From positions 54,375,095-54,439,094 of the forward strand of contig NC_090403.1 in the NCBI RefSeq assembly GCF_036365525.1: 64,000 bases of DNA. Direction: 5' to 3'. This DNA comes from Heterodontus francisci. Its lineage: Eukaryota. Positions 11,601 through 23,823 of this stretch are shown here, one piece after another (the stretch's first letter is position 1; each line of letters begins with the position of its first letter). The notes beneath the pieces were generated by a model. The model saw only the letters and a program-made list of their open reading frames with translations, was not told where the DNA came from and searched no databases. Both the position numbers and the translations under genes were made by a program.

Positions 11601-13679
11601 AGTGCCCCCACGCGTGTCTCGTCCACGTGGCAATAATATGCTACAATCTCCTACTGCGTTTCTGAAATATTACTCGGTTATGAATTGTAACTAAGTCCAG
11701 TTATCCATACAAAGCTGCTTTCATTCCATTTTAGATGATGTATTTCTCGGGTGGTTCAGGGCGGCAAGCGGCGTGAGAGGCTTCGAATCCGACCTACACT
11801 CTAATTCAATAATAGCAGAGCATCTACGTTCCTGTCGAATTTCCAGCTCACATTTACTGATTCGTTGACGTTACTTCCAGAGGATTAAAATTGGAGCGGA
11901 CTGTATAGTTTTAACTTCAGCCACGAAAGGAGATTTAATTGAGTTTGAAAACGACAACTCCTCCAAATCTGTAGTTAGTTAGTCAGTTGTCAATAAAATA
12001 TCCCCATCTGTCATCGTCAGATTTAGAATTTTTTCTGTTCTTAAAATATTTACAGTTGGTAACGTGAGATCCCGCGGGGGATAGTATTTCAAAGTTAAAA
12101 CTATTATTTGTTAATAAAGTTTTTTTTACTGAGTTGGCGTCTGTGCGTGAATTTGACAGACGTAAAATATTCACTCTCGGGGAACAGGCAACCTACATCG
12201 TCCTGTCTTCTTTTACTGAAAAAAAAAACACGAGTTTAGCTCAAATTGCTCTTGCAAAGATATGTTTGCACGGGAGAGTTGACCTCAGTTGAAAACCTTA
12301 GGGATGCATGAAGACAGATTTAATGGTTATGTTTAAATGGCGAAACGATTGGGCCTTTAGTGCACAGCTCTGCATTAATGTACTGTAAGCCTCAGATTCC
12401 TTTCTGTGAGACAGATGTGTCTGTGTGTTCTTTGCATCATACTTAATATCTGCACTTTCATTAGTAAAATTATCTATTCACTTTTTTGTTTGCTTGTTTA
12501 TTTGTGTTCGGCTCTCTAACCCGCCGAAGCAAAATTAAATGCAAAAATAAGTACATACAGCAGCTTTTAAGTATGTAAAACATAAATATTGAATTATTCA
12601 TTTTATCGTTAAAATAGCAAATAAGGGACTTAAAGACTTCGATAAAACATTAAAATAGGCAAAGGAGGAAAGACTCTGGGATATAAAATCGAAGCTGTAA
12701 TGGTGAAATGTTGCTATTTTCTGTGGTTGAAAAATGCAAGGTTCGAGAAACTGCAGTTAAAATAAGTAGATAAAATCTAACTATTGTTTTTAATAGCTAT
12801 TTGAACGGATTAAAATATGTGTCTGAGTGAAGGAGAAAATGCGGCCACTCCGAAGCTTGGTCCAATGTTCTCTTTTAATCCAACACAGGGCAAGAGAAAA
12901 GGTTAAATATTTGTTCTTTGTTACAAGCCATTAGCCATTTACGCTTTATTGCTACATGTAGTACTGTTTGAAATGATATCCATTTGGAGTCTTATGGATT
13001 TGAAAACTGTAGCGATCCCACCCCCATTATTATCATTATATTAAAAATACCGCCATTAGCAAATAAATCAAGCTTTAACTTTCAAAATCATGTTAGTATC
13101 TGTGTGTACTATATATTCAACTTCAAGTAAAATTAACTCTTGATTCTGTTTGCTATCTGATGAGAAACTGTTAATGTCACTTAAGTTTGTCATTATTGAA
13201 AGTATAAATTAACATGCAGTCGTTGTAATAAATTAATATATATCACATTAAATACATATTTGGATATTTCTTGAAGAGCCGCTACTATCGCTCTTGAAAG
13301 CTAATACATTGGTTCCAATAGTGAATTTCTAGCGTTACTTTCAGCTTTCCTCTTCCCTTAATTCCTCTGAATCACTACTTCTTCCATGAGTTACCACAAA
13401 AACAGAACTTGAAAGAGACACAGAGCTCCTCCAGCGTTCATGCTGTCGCCATACTATCCGAAAATAACTACAAATAATAATCTTGTTCCGTTTTACTTTG
13501 CCACAAAAAATAGTCACCCCGTTGTTTAAGTTGAACTGGTAAGTGTGCATGTGTAGAGAACGAGAGGATTCCCTCCAATCTGGTTAATAAAAGTTGAATT
13601 AACAAGCTTGTATTTGTCACTATAACTGGGTGTTGCTGAATCCCACAAATGCATCAATTTACTTCTCATTTCAAACCCC

Positions 13680-13884
13680 CGTGATGTGGGCGGAGCCTAC
13701 AGGTTCTGCTGGGATTCCGATTGGTCGGCTTGGAGGAAGTTGTCTCCAGCCGGCTTCTGATGAGTCCAAGAGAAATGTCAGTTTGATAAAGACCTTTTTT
13801 CTCTTCACCCCCCCCCCCCCCCCACCTCCCCACCCCCCACCCTCCCCCACCCCCCGAAACTCCTCAGTAAATTAAGCTGCAGCT
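13680..13884 (+). promoter_or_regulatory. HoxB10 proximal promoter/5'UTR
   Basis: GC box GGGCGGAG (~13688), inverted CCAAT GATTGG (~13719), AAATGTCAG motif and a long C-tract (13807-13855) directly before the ATG. Confidence 0.5.
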
Positions 13885-14608
13885 ATGTCATGTTCGGAGA
13901 ATTCTGCGCCCAGCTCGTTTTCAGTGAAGTCTTTAATTTGCTCCAGACGGGCTGAACCTTACTGTCCTGGGGGTTATTTGTCCTCCAAACCGGACCAGGG
14001 CTACGAGGTCCAGAATTGGCAAGTTGGCCTAGCACATCGTAAACAAGGGGAGATGAACAGCCAGCAAGGTATAGGTTTGGTTCCACATCAGTACGTGCCA
14101 GGCATGGCAGGGTGGGCAACCCCGTCATCATCCAGCCACACAGGCCGACTTCAGCAGATAAACACTTACTGCTTCACATCCAACGTGAAGGAAGAAGCCA
14201 ACTATTGTTTATTAGACGGGGACAAGCATTCGAAGACGCACCCTGAGGTTTCAGTGTACCCCAGGGTGATTTCTGAAATCTGCACTAATTACAGTGGCCG
14301 GGTCCCCATGCCCAGCTATTTCCGTTCAGAATCGAGCTATTCATCGAATAAACCAACGGATTACAACCAGCCGCAACCAGTCGTTGCTGCGTGCTCGATT
14401 CACTCCAGCATTCCCTTCACTTCTTCCTTCGCCACGTCGTCCTCCTCAAAACCAGGTGAAAAAGACATAAAAGTGAGCACCTCAAACGACCCGGACCGCG
14501 GAGTCCCGGCAAAGGATGCGGGAGGAGGAGAAAGTACCTTTCTACAAGAGACATCTTCTTTACAGTTTCCTGGCGTGGATAAAACACTTCCCGAGAAGGA
14601 AACAAAAG
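13885..14608 (+). CDS. HOXB10: Homeobox protein Hox-B10, exon 1
   Basis: ORF begins MSCSENSAPSSFSVKSLIC and carries Hox10 motifs (SNVKEEANYCL, VPMPSYFR). Phase-1 donor AAAG|GTGGGT at 14608/14609. Confidence 0.9.
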
Positions 14609-14694
14609 GTGGGTAAAATCATGAACGAAAGGAAGACAAACCATTACACGGCAATTGGAGCAGGAACATAGGCAGCTCTCTCATCTGCGGCAAG

Positions 14695-14815
14695 GTGACT
14701 TTATTTAGGTCATAAAGGAGCCTTTTTGTCTCCCGCACAAAGATCCGTCAGTACAAATTAATACCTTGTGTAATTTATAGGACAGGCCCCTTATGGCAAA
14801 GTAAATTACAAACAC
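14695..14815. promoter_or_regulatory. Hox/Cdx-site block at the 5' end of the HoxB10 intron
   Basis: Clustered TTTATT, GTCATAAA, TAATTTATAG, TTATGG and GTAAATTACA, resembling intronic Hox enhancer blocks. Confidence 0.4.
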
Positions 14816-17800
14816 GTTTAAGTGACCCTTTTAAATATCAAAACAACGGAAGGTTCCTGTTCTGAAGGCCACTCCTTAGTTGTAGTAGAAGCCGCTGTAT
14901 AAGTCGCCAATATAAACAATTCACCTAGGCAAAAACAAATGAGCATTTTCAAACGCAAAGCATGCTTAAGAGGAAAACTTAAAACTACAGTTATATCAAG
15001 TTCACATCAACTTAAAATAGGGGTTACGTTACTAAGGAAAACATTACGTGCCTATATCCATATTCTTAAATAATTTTAATGATCATAACATGTATGATCA
15101 TCATAATATGCGCAGGCAAATGTTCATTAAATTACATATATATCAGATAATTATAATTCCGTTATATGGGTATAGCAATATGATTGTATATGTATATAAT
15201 TACATGTATACACAGAGGCAAACACAGTGATATGATGTATTAATTAGTTGGTTTGTCTATCATCACGCGTTCAGGTATGTGTGTATAGAGGTGGCTAACA
15301 TTGCAGTGATAGCTAGTTTTATGCTTGCATTTATAGAAACATCAGTCTATACAGATGCTCGCGTTTAGGGTTTTGATGCAAACACTGCATTGGTGGTCAG
15401 CAATACTTTTGATAAATAGTTGCGGGTGTTGATATGTTGGTTTTGAGCCTGCCAGCCAGTGAACTGCAAACTAAGCATCCGAGCGACGGTCTTTTAATGG
15501 TTGGTTCATGTTTCTAAACAATCTAAAGATGCAATTTTAAATTCCAAACACTGAATACAAATAAAATGAGTTCGGTGGCACCATGTGATATCTACTTAAA
15601 TTCTATTTGTTGCCATGGAGCCAGATTATGGCGCCAAAGGAAAGTTACATCACACAGCGCTGCAGAGGTATTGCTGTACTATTTTATGAGATCTCACAGC
15701 TCAGTAAGTTAGGAATAAAAGAGCCACAGGGGCAAACAAATTGAACCGACATGCTAATTTGTAATCCGAGGTACCCTAAATGCTATTTTCTAGTAAGTAT
15801 TTTATGATTCTGATGGCGCTGTGGCTGTGATCTGTTTCTAACACAATCGATGAGAAGTGCGATGAAAATCATAACAGTTTTTGGTATCGCTTTACCGACT
15901 CTTTCAGAAATTGACTATTTTCTAACAGGTGGTAAATAAGCGACACTTCAAATATTCCGGGAAAACATTAAAAAACAAGTATGTATAATTTCACATGCCT
16001 CCCACCCACTCCGCCCCCCACGACCACCCTGAGTAGCTACACAGGAGGAAAAAAAGTGGGTAAACACCAGGATGCAATAACTCGGAGGAAGTTATAATTA
16101 ACTCGGATCCGCCATAACGGATTTCCTCCAGCTACTCTCTCACACACATAAAATAATGAAACATGGGAAAGCAAACCACTTCAACTACATTAAAGACGGC
16201 AAACCCTTTGTAAAATCATTGCAATCCCTAACAGTTCAAGTGGCTGGTTCCTTATTTGTGTCTGTCTTGTGTGTTGTTGAGGTCTAAACATAAATATTGA
16301 ACTGATGGGTTGCTCTTTCTATCTAACACTGATTTTATTGAGTGTTTGCCCACACAATCAAGTGACACAAACGAAAAGACTGTACTAAACATCAAGTAAC
16401 AATGGGGTATACAACTGTTTGTATTGTTATGGAAATCTGGCACACGTTAAACTTTGAATATGAGGCAAGGTATTGTAAAGAGGCATAGTGTGTCCCTTGT
16501 CCCATGAGGTAGCCAGTGAGTACTTCAAAAGTTAAATTAACCCTCAATTAGAAGAGAGAAGTTATGTATTTCATTCCTGTCGCATCTTTTTTAATTTGAA
16601 CCGTGTATGAATGCAATGATGGGATTTATTGACAGCACCTAGACTAAATCAGGAGTGTGCACCGAAACCACAGACTGGGTGATTCTGAATTAATAAAACA
16701 TAGTCCAACTGGACAACTAGATTTGGCTGTGGACTGTTGTAGTTTACCAAGAGATTTCCTCCGGAGCTGTCAAGATGCTCCTGATTTCTTTCTTACCGAT
16801 GGATAACTTAGCTGATCTCTGAGAAAAAAACTCAATGCTGGTCGACTTCTATTTCCGTATAGTACAAAATAATTGAGCAGTTCTGCTTTTTTAAATATAT
16901 GTAGTACATCATCGCTGTGCTCCATTTATTGCACAAATCAGTTGATACGTCCAGTTTCAGTTGATTATTTGAATTCCATGGAATTTCCATTTTTAATAGA
17001 TAACAAAATCTCAGGAAAAAGCTAAAATCTACGACATCAACGCTTCCGCCATCTTTGCTGCATTGAAATAACGTCAGCTTCACACAAAGAACCTGATAAC
17101 GTGACAAAGTAGCAAATAAAGATGGAGGCCTAAAACTGAGTTGGGATTTTGACTGCTTTTAAAATTGAACTTGTAAGTAACAAAATGAGAGTTAAACGAG
17201 GTCGTTTATTGCGATTCACAGGTATCAGCTACTTCCCACAAAATTTCTATATATAAATATATTTTATTGTTATAAAATAATGACAGTTACAACATAAACC
17301 CAATAGTCGGATTCATACACATAATTAATAGTACAATAAGGCTTTATAACATGCTATTAACGTGCTTATTCTGTCAATAACTAGCAGACTTTAAAAGTAT
17401 AGTGTATTTTTGCATTTTCATTTTAAAACTGAACCCCAGGTTGTGCAGGATCGTATTTCTTTCCAAGCCCTTATTGTTCCGGTCACTTCAACCTTGTTGA
17501 GTAATTATTCGCATTTTAAACGCATTCTGGCCAATGTAATCACAGCACCCAGTTTTCATGCTGATCTAGGGAGCCACTCAAATAAGTTCTAATATTTGAA
17601 CAGAAAATGTAACCCATGGTGCGAATTCCACCCACAGCATAAGGAACAGCACATTTGACAGCGTAACATCTACAAAAGACGACAATTGGAGAAACCTAGG
17701 GAAATTTCAGACTGAATACTACATAGCTCCTTTTCTTTTTAACCATTTTGGTTCATTTGGTAAACACAGCTAAAAGAGAAACATTATGATTCGCCACCCT

Positions 17801-18722
17801 GGCTTGCACGTATATGTCCACAAACTATTAATTTGAAATGTATGACAAATTCACATATATGCGTAACTACCAGGTGGCCACAACAGACACAAGAAACAGT
17901 CGTGATATGCGGCTGGTGCTTCAAAGTCTGCTGTAATAGTTTGCCATTAATTAATTACAGGTTACTGACTTTAAATAATATTTGAAGACAGAAAGATCCT
18001 GCACGAATGCGATTAAAATTGGGGAATTGTGATATGATACTGAATGTAATAGAATTTATCGTAACAAATTGAGTTCTAAACAAGAGCATGGCCAATCAAT
18101 GTTCATTTATAGACTCTTTGAGCTGCGATCTTCCTCAGAAGTTGATTGAAAATTGACGGGTAAGGAATTGTCCCCTGCACCACATACATCGTTTATTGTA
18201 TGGAGCGAATATTTTAACTCTATATCGGTCGCTTCCTTATGACGTTATTAATTTTGCAAGTTTATAGACTTACAATAGCTGAATGTGTAAATCCGGACAT
18301 TTCCTATGTTCCATGATTGTTAAACCCTTTCAACAAAGTCAAGAGCTTGTCCTATGTTAGAGTGTAATTCACATCAACGAAAGTGCATCTGATATTTTCT
18401 TATCCTAAAAACCCATCTGTTCAATGGTCACTTGCACTTACAACCAGGTTAACATAACAATGTGGAAAATTTACGCGCAAAGGGAGACCATTCGGCCAAT
18501 CATACAGTTAAATGTTAAAGGTTAAATCATATAGTTTTATTGTAACTGCAGGATTTCATAAAATACAAGGAACACAGGTAGCTTATGTTTTACCAATAGA
18601 CTGTAAAGATGTTGAGAAACCCTACAATTGCACTAACAATTTGGATACTTTGACTTTTTCTGGTCAGCAATAACTTTTGGTTTATACCATTTCAATCTAG
18701 TGCAACGGTATTGGTGGCATCA

Positions 18723-18782
18723 GCAACATCTGGCTCATATATAGCGAGGTTTACCACAGAAATCATATCACAGTGATTTTAA
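18723..18782 (-). mobile_element. Possible highly eroded L2/SINE 3'-tail remnant in the HoxB10 intron
   Basis: CAACATCTGGCTCATATATAGCGAGGTTTACCACAG loosely resembles the reversed L2 tail (CAACTTGCATTTATATAGCGCCTTT). The match is weak. Confidence 0.2.
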
Positions 18783-19902
18783 ATAATCTACTAATAGGTG
18801 TAAAAGATCGTGTAGAAGCACTCCAGCATAGAAAATGTCATCACAATGCTCACATTAGGACGGCGAATTACAAAACATTATATTAAAGCGCGTCAACTGT
18901 TGTTTTAAAACTAACAATAGGAATGTGAGACTTTCAGCAAATAATGTAAGATGAGAATCGAGGAAAAGCTTTATTTAAAAAAAGGCTCATGACTTCCTGT
19001 TGAAAACATTTGGACCCATGTTTCTGCTTTCTTGTCCACTGTTCACCAAACGATAACTTCCCTTCCCTTGCATAAACATAGCCTTTAAGTGAAAATCCAG
19101 TGTAAAGGCAATATTATAGGGGTTAAAGTTATTTTGCAATGCAACAATTCACTTCGAAAACAATTCTCAACAAGGTTATCTGCACTAAACATTGACTCTG
19201 GAAAGTTAATAGATGTTTAAATGTTCTTTGGTGAGATATCCTAGGAAATAAATAGGTTGATCTTAAGCTATTTAAGCACATTCTTAGCAGAAAGTTAATT
19301 ATATTAATCAGAATTTGAGGTACAACTGTTTGCCATTGTCAAGCTATAAAGCTGTGTTTTAAACACGGTGACATTTTTTGCAATGGAACTTTTGGGACAA
19401 TCATGTCTCTTTACCGCCAGAATGTAAACTCTTTATAATAGTAAAATAGCAAAGGGTACTATGTGTTTTCTGCGATATCTTATTCCATCACATTGCATTT
19501 CAATCTTGTTAGTAATCAAGCATTAGTGCAATATTCATTCGAGATAATATTTTAGATTCAACATTAACTACGCCTTCACTGTAGCTATTTGTCCAGGTGC
19601 ACGATTCTCCCTTAAGAAAAGCTGTTGGAGTTCCTACTTTGATAAGACATTAGCACAGGGAATGCTGCGCTGTGAAACAATCCTCTACAGCATGTGCCAA
19701 TGAGGATCGGGATAAAATTTGAACGGTTCACATTCCACCAGTTGACTATGAGCCAACAATCCCACCCCCTCCCCACTCCCAAGTGGGAAATCTCATTGCA
19801 ATCCCTGAGTCATGGTCTCGTTGATGGCGAAAGAAAGGGAGGAAAAACAGAACCCATTTTATTCAGCAGGTCGTCTGACAATTTGTTTTTCCCGATTGAC
19901 AG

Positions 19903-20174
19903 AGAGTACAAAGGCCGAGAATACGATAAACTGGCTGTCGGCGAAGGGCGGAAGGAAGAAACGCTGCCCGTACACCAAGCAACAGACGCTGGAGCTAGAA
20001 AAAGAATTCCTCTTTAACATGTATTTAACTCGAGAGCGCCGCCTGGAGATCAGCCGGAGCGTTAATCTGACCGACAGACAAGTCAAAATTTGGTTTCAAA
20101 ACCGAAGAATGAAACTCAAAAAGATGAGCAGAGAGCACAGAGTTCGAGAAATATCCGCTACTTTCCCCATCTGA
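19903..20174 (+). CDS. HOXB10: Homeobox protein Hox-B10, exon 2 (homeodomain)
   Basis: Acceptor TTGACAG| with branch-like CTGAC at 19875. Encodes [66 protein letters not shown] (PG10). Spliced protein is 331 aa. Confidence 0.93.
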
Positions 20175-22829
20175 TGAAAGGGCTAGTGTTTTTTTTAAAT
20201 TAAAAATGTACGAGACGGTGGTCGATATAAGGCGTCTCGCTGAAGCTGTTGGAGCGTTACAACAACATTGAAGGGGGGAGGGGGGAGTTTGGTAGTTATG
20301 GGGAGGGGTTGCAAGTTCAGCAGTCTAGTCACTAGAACAACATTGAGGCAGCTAAGGAGAAGGGTAGATGGCGGGATGAAGCGCTTGCAAGTTCAAAATA
20401 ATTAAAAATAACAAAAAGGTACTGATTTGCTTTTGAAAATGCACACGTTCTGAAGACTCGCGTTTACTGGCCAGAAGCCCATTAATTGCCATCAGATAAT
20501 TTAGTGCCCTATCACTTAATTATGAGCAAAGGAACTGAAAGAATGTTTGAAAAAAGGCAATAAAATCTGACTTGCTTTATACATTTCGTCCTTTTCTTGG
20601 ATTTAAACGATATATAGTTAACACCACATATATGAGTTATGCTTACAAGAGTAATTATTTTAACGTCTGTAACTTCCACTTATTGAAAGACAGCAGAGAA
20701 ATCGGCATCTATTAGAGTACGCCATCTGCGCAGGCATATTTCACGCACAAGAGTGAAACACTTGTTAAATTATAGCAACAAACTAGCCTCAAAACAGGGA
20801 GGCATGTTGAAGCCATTCGAGGTCGATAATTATAGGAATACTCGGTCTACCTAAGAGTCAATTTTGAATTATTGCTTACTTATGGATAGAGGCATTCTGA
20901 TTCGTCTTAAAGCAAAGGTGTTTCTTAGAGTTATGAGAGGACGTAAAGGTAAAAATCTATTTTCCTAGATGGTTGCCCATCTTGAATCCTTTTTGCTTCT
21001 TAGTATGTAAGAATAATTATTTATGTAGGTTATTGAATGAGTATTACAAAAATATCAAACAATGTGTAATTATTTTTGTTGCTGTCATATGCTTTCAATT
21101 AATATTCTCCCCAACTTAATGTCCAATATACAATCGATTATTTAAAAATGTATCTAAGAATTCCAAATACAATTTATTTTTTCTTTATCAATAAGGAACG
21201 TACAGCCTCAACGTACCGCTCAATAGAAGTGCATGAAAATAACCAAACCTTGAAAAATTGCATATGTATTTCACAGAGATTATAGTGCAGGGCTTACATT
21301 TATTTAGGGTCTTTCATGTCGAAACTTCTGAAAGCGTGTACACCATAAATTGTTTTGGGAGTAAATTGACTTACGTAGATTAATAAAATATTCTACAATT
21401 GACTCCGCATAAAATAACACCTAATAACTGAAGATTAGTATTAAATAAAGATTTGCGGAAGAGGTAAAACATTAATAGGAAACACATTGATTAACATAAT
21501 CATTTAAATTAAAGTAATATGTATCAAGATTGAACACGTTTTAATGATCTTATTACAATTGTTTTGAGAAGGCAGATTTTTATCCAGCGATTTTTTTTTG
21601 TCCATGTTCCTTTGACTAATACCAAATGACTAAAATATGCATGAACGAGCCTCCACACCTCGCTAATATCTCCCGAACAGAAAAATACTTGCATAGACTC
21701 CCGCTAGCTATTAGTTTCATTTTTAAATTGAAAACTGCTATTAATCTATATTCTCCTCCCTACACCTACAAATACCTCAAAGCTTCTCAATTCACATTGG
21801 GGAAAAGCACATCTGTGTGGGGAACTAATTGGACCCCGACCTGTTTAACAAGATTCAGCCTCAATTTTACGGTTTAATTTCTCATTCTGTTCCACACTAT
21901 AGATGTGGTGTAAAACTTCCCATCAAATGTGAATGGAATGTGAGGAACTGATAAATTAATCTGAACTCACAATAACAATTGCTGATTAAGTACATCGGCA
22001 AACTAAAACAGATATAAACACAGGCGAGTTCTTGGTCCGTCAGTGTTTTTGAGAAGTAATGTCCATTGTGGGGATCAGTAATTGTTCGTTTGAACATCTG
22101 TTGCATAAATGATGTGTATATATAACAATCGGCTAAAACACAGCTTGTAATATATCACGAGTGTCGATTATACCTCTTGCAGAGAATGTACACCCTTAGT
22201 GGATATTATACACTATAATTAAAATGTGTTTGTACTTAGGAATAACTGTCTTTCAAATGTTCATCAAAATGTCTGACATTTAATATGAGCAAACTATGGT
22301 GGGCTGTCGTCTCAATTAATTTTACATGTATGTTTTTAGATAGAGTTTTTCAGATACTGTATGTGTAATGTTGGTTAAAATGTAATATTTATTTTTCAAA
22401 ATGTAAAGAAACTGTTATACCAAAGATTATTAACGTTGTGCCCATCACCTCTTGTCTATCGCTAAGCACACTGAATTCCGCACAATACTCTTGTACGAGA
22501 GGGAGATAAAGGAACTGTTAGTATTTGCACCATATGTAAATCCACCAATATCTATTTGAATTGAATATTTTAATTTCATGGTGTAAAATAAGTGTTGAAA
22601 GATTTTTCTGAATAGCATGTCCTGTATATTTCACGGCTTAAATTCGTTGCATTATTTCCTGGGCCTTGTCACAGGCCACAATTAAAATGCAGATTTAAAA
22701 CAATAAAATTGTGTTTGGCTGGATTTCTCTAGTTCTTAATACTTTTATTTAATGTCCAAAGGTCTGTTAAGTATTGTGTGGCTATCTACTCACTAGTGGC
22801 TCTTCCTTCAAGTCTGGCTTGTATAGCTC

Positions 22830-23100
22830 ATGGACATTGGTTGGCTGATTGTGGACCCGTGAAATTGACCTGAAATGGACAAGTTGATGGTTGTGAAAAA
22901 AAGACAGGGAATTCCGATGCTGCCAGCCCTAAAGAAAACCCTGCAGTTTGAAATTTATTTGGTATCCAGTGTCGGTGATTTAAATACCATCGAGACGGTT
23001 GTAATCCGGCTGTGGGCACTGACGATGCTCCACGGACGACCACGTCTGCTTTTGTAAAGTTTTATGGCTTGTAAATATGTTTGGCAAGTTGCTGTCATGT
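22830..23100 (+). promoter_or_regulatory. Candidate promoter/enhancer upstream of miR-196
   Basis: CATTGGTTGG CCAAT-type box, then TTTTGTAAAGTTTTATGGCTTGTAAAT (Cdx/posterior Hox sites) and TGTCA (Meis), 0.7-0.9 kb upstream of the hairpin. Confidence 0.4.
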
Positions 23101-23739
23101 AGGACTTGTTGGACTTGGGTAGATTGGTTCCGAGCGGCATGCCACACAACATAGCGTTGAGAACAGGGAAATGGTCACACTTTTCTTCCTTGACAAACCT
23201 CAAGTGGAAACTCACAAACGGTTACCCAAATTTGCTTTCAAGACTTGGAAAATGGTAGGACATTGTCACGTTTAACTGTTTTGTCAGAGACCCTTTAAGG
23301 CTGGTTCTAGCCGCATTGACTTTGTGGAAAATTGAAGGTTTGGTTTTACTAAGTTTGTTGGTACAGCAGTCCAGAGTCTGGTTTTAAAATGAAAACTTTG
23401 ATTCTTTACCGTGGTAATGATGCAGTATAGTGGCGCCAATTGCTTCAGCTTCTGATATGTTTATTTGCACGCAAACTGCGAACGAACGAGGTCAAAACTG
23501 TACAATCTGCCGAGTTGGAATCATTAAACAGAGATAGATGCAGTTTTGGAACTGCCAGTGACTGTAAGATTTTTAAATATCAACTCTCCCTTTCCTTTCT
23601 GAGAAACACGAGACCTTTTTATTAATTACATTATCATTTAAAGAATGTCTAGCAAATTATATTTCACAATGATGGTCTTTATTTTCTGTTCGAATTGAAC
23701 GCGGCTCGTTAGGTCCAGTCTATGGCGCAAGTGAAATGG

Positions 23740-23823
23740 AACTGCTGTGTGACTTAGGTAGTTTCATGTTGTTGGGCTTCTGTTTGATCGCAGTGACAAG
23801 AAACTGCCTGAATTACTCCAGTT
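23740..23823 (+). ncRNA. MIR196A: miR-196 precursor hairpin (HoxB-cluster copy)
   Basis: Exact mature miR-196a-5p TAGGTAGTTTCATGTTGTTGGG at 23755-23776. Complementary 3' arm CAGTGACAAGAAACTGCCTGAA (~23791-23812) and basal stem AACTG/CAGTT. Canonical position between Hox10 and Hox9. Confidence 0.97.

Noticed and set aside
3000-13800. Intact HoxB11/B12/B13 genes
   Set aside because: No intact homeobox in any frame; only the weak remnant candidate near 8.9 kb.
10339-22483. 12-bp tandem duplication TTCCGCACTGAA x2 (10339) sharing a 15-mer with 22469-22483
   Set aside because: One or two 15-mer matches are expected by chance in 64 kb, and there is no array structure (not CRISPR-like).
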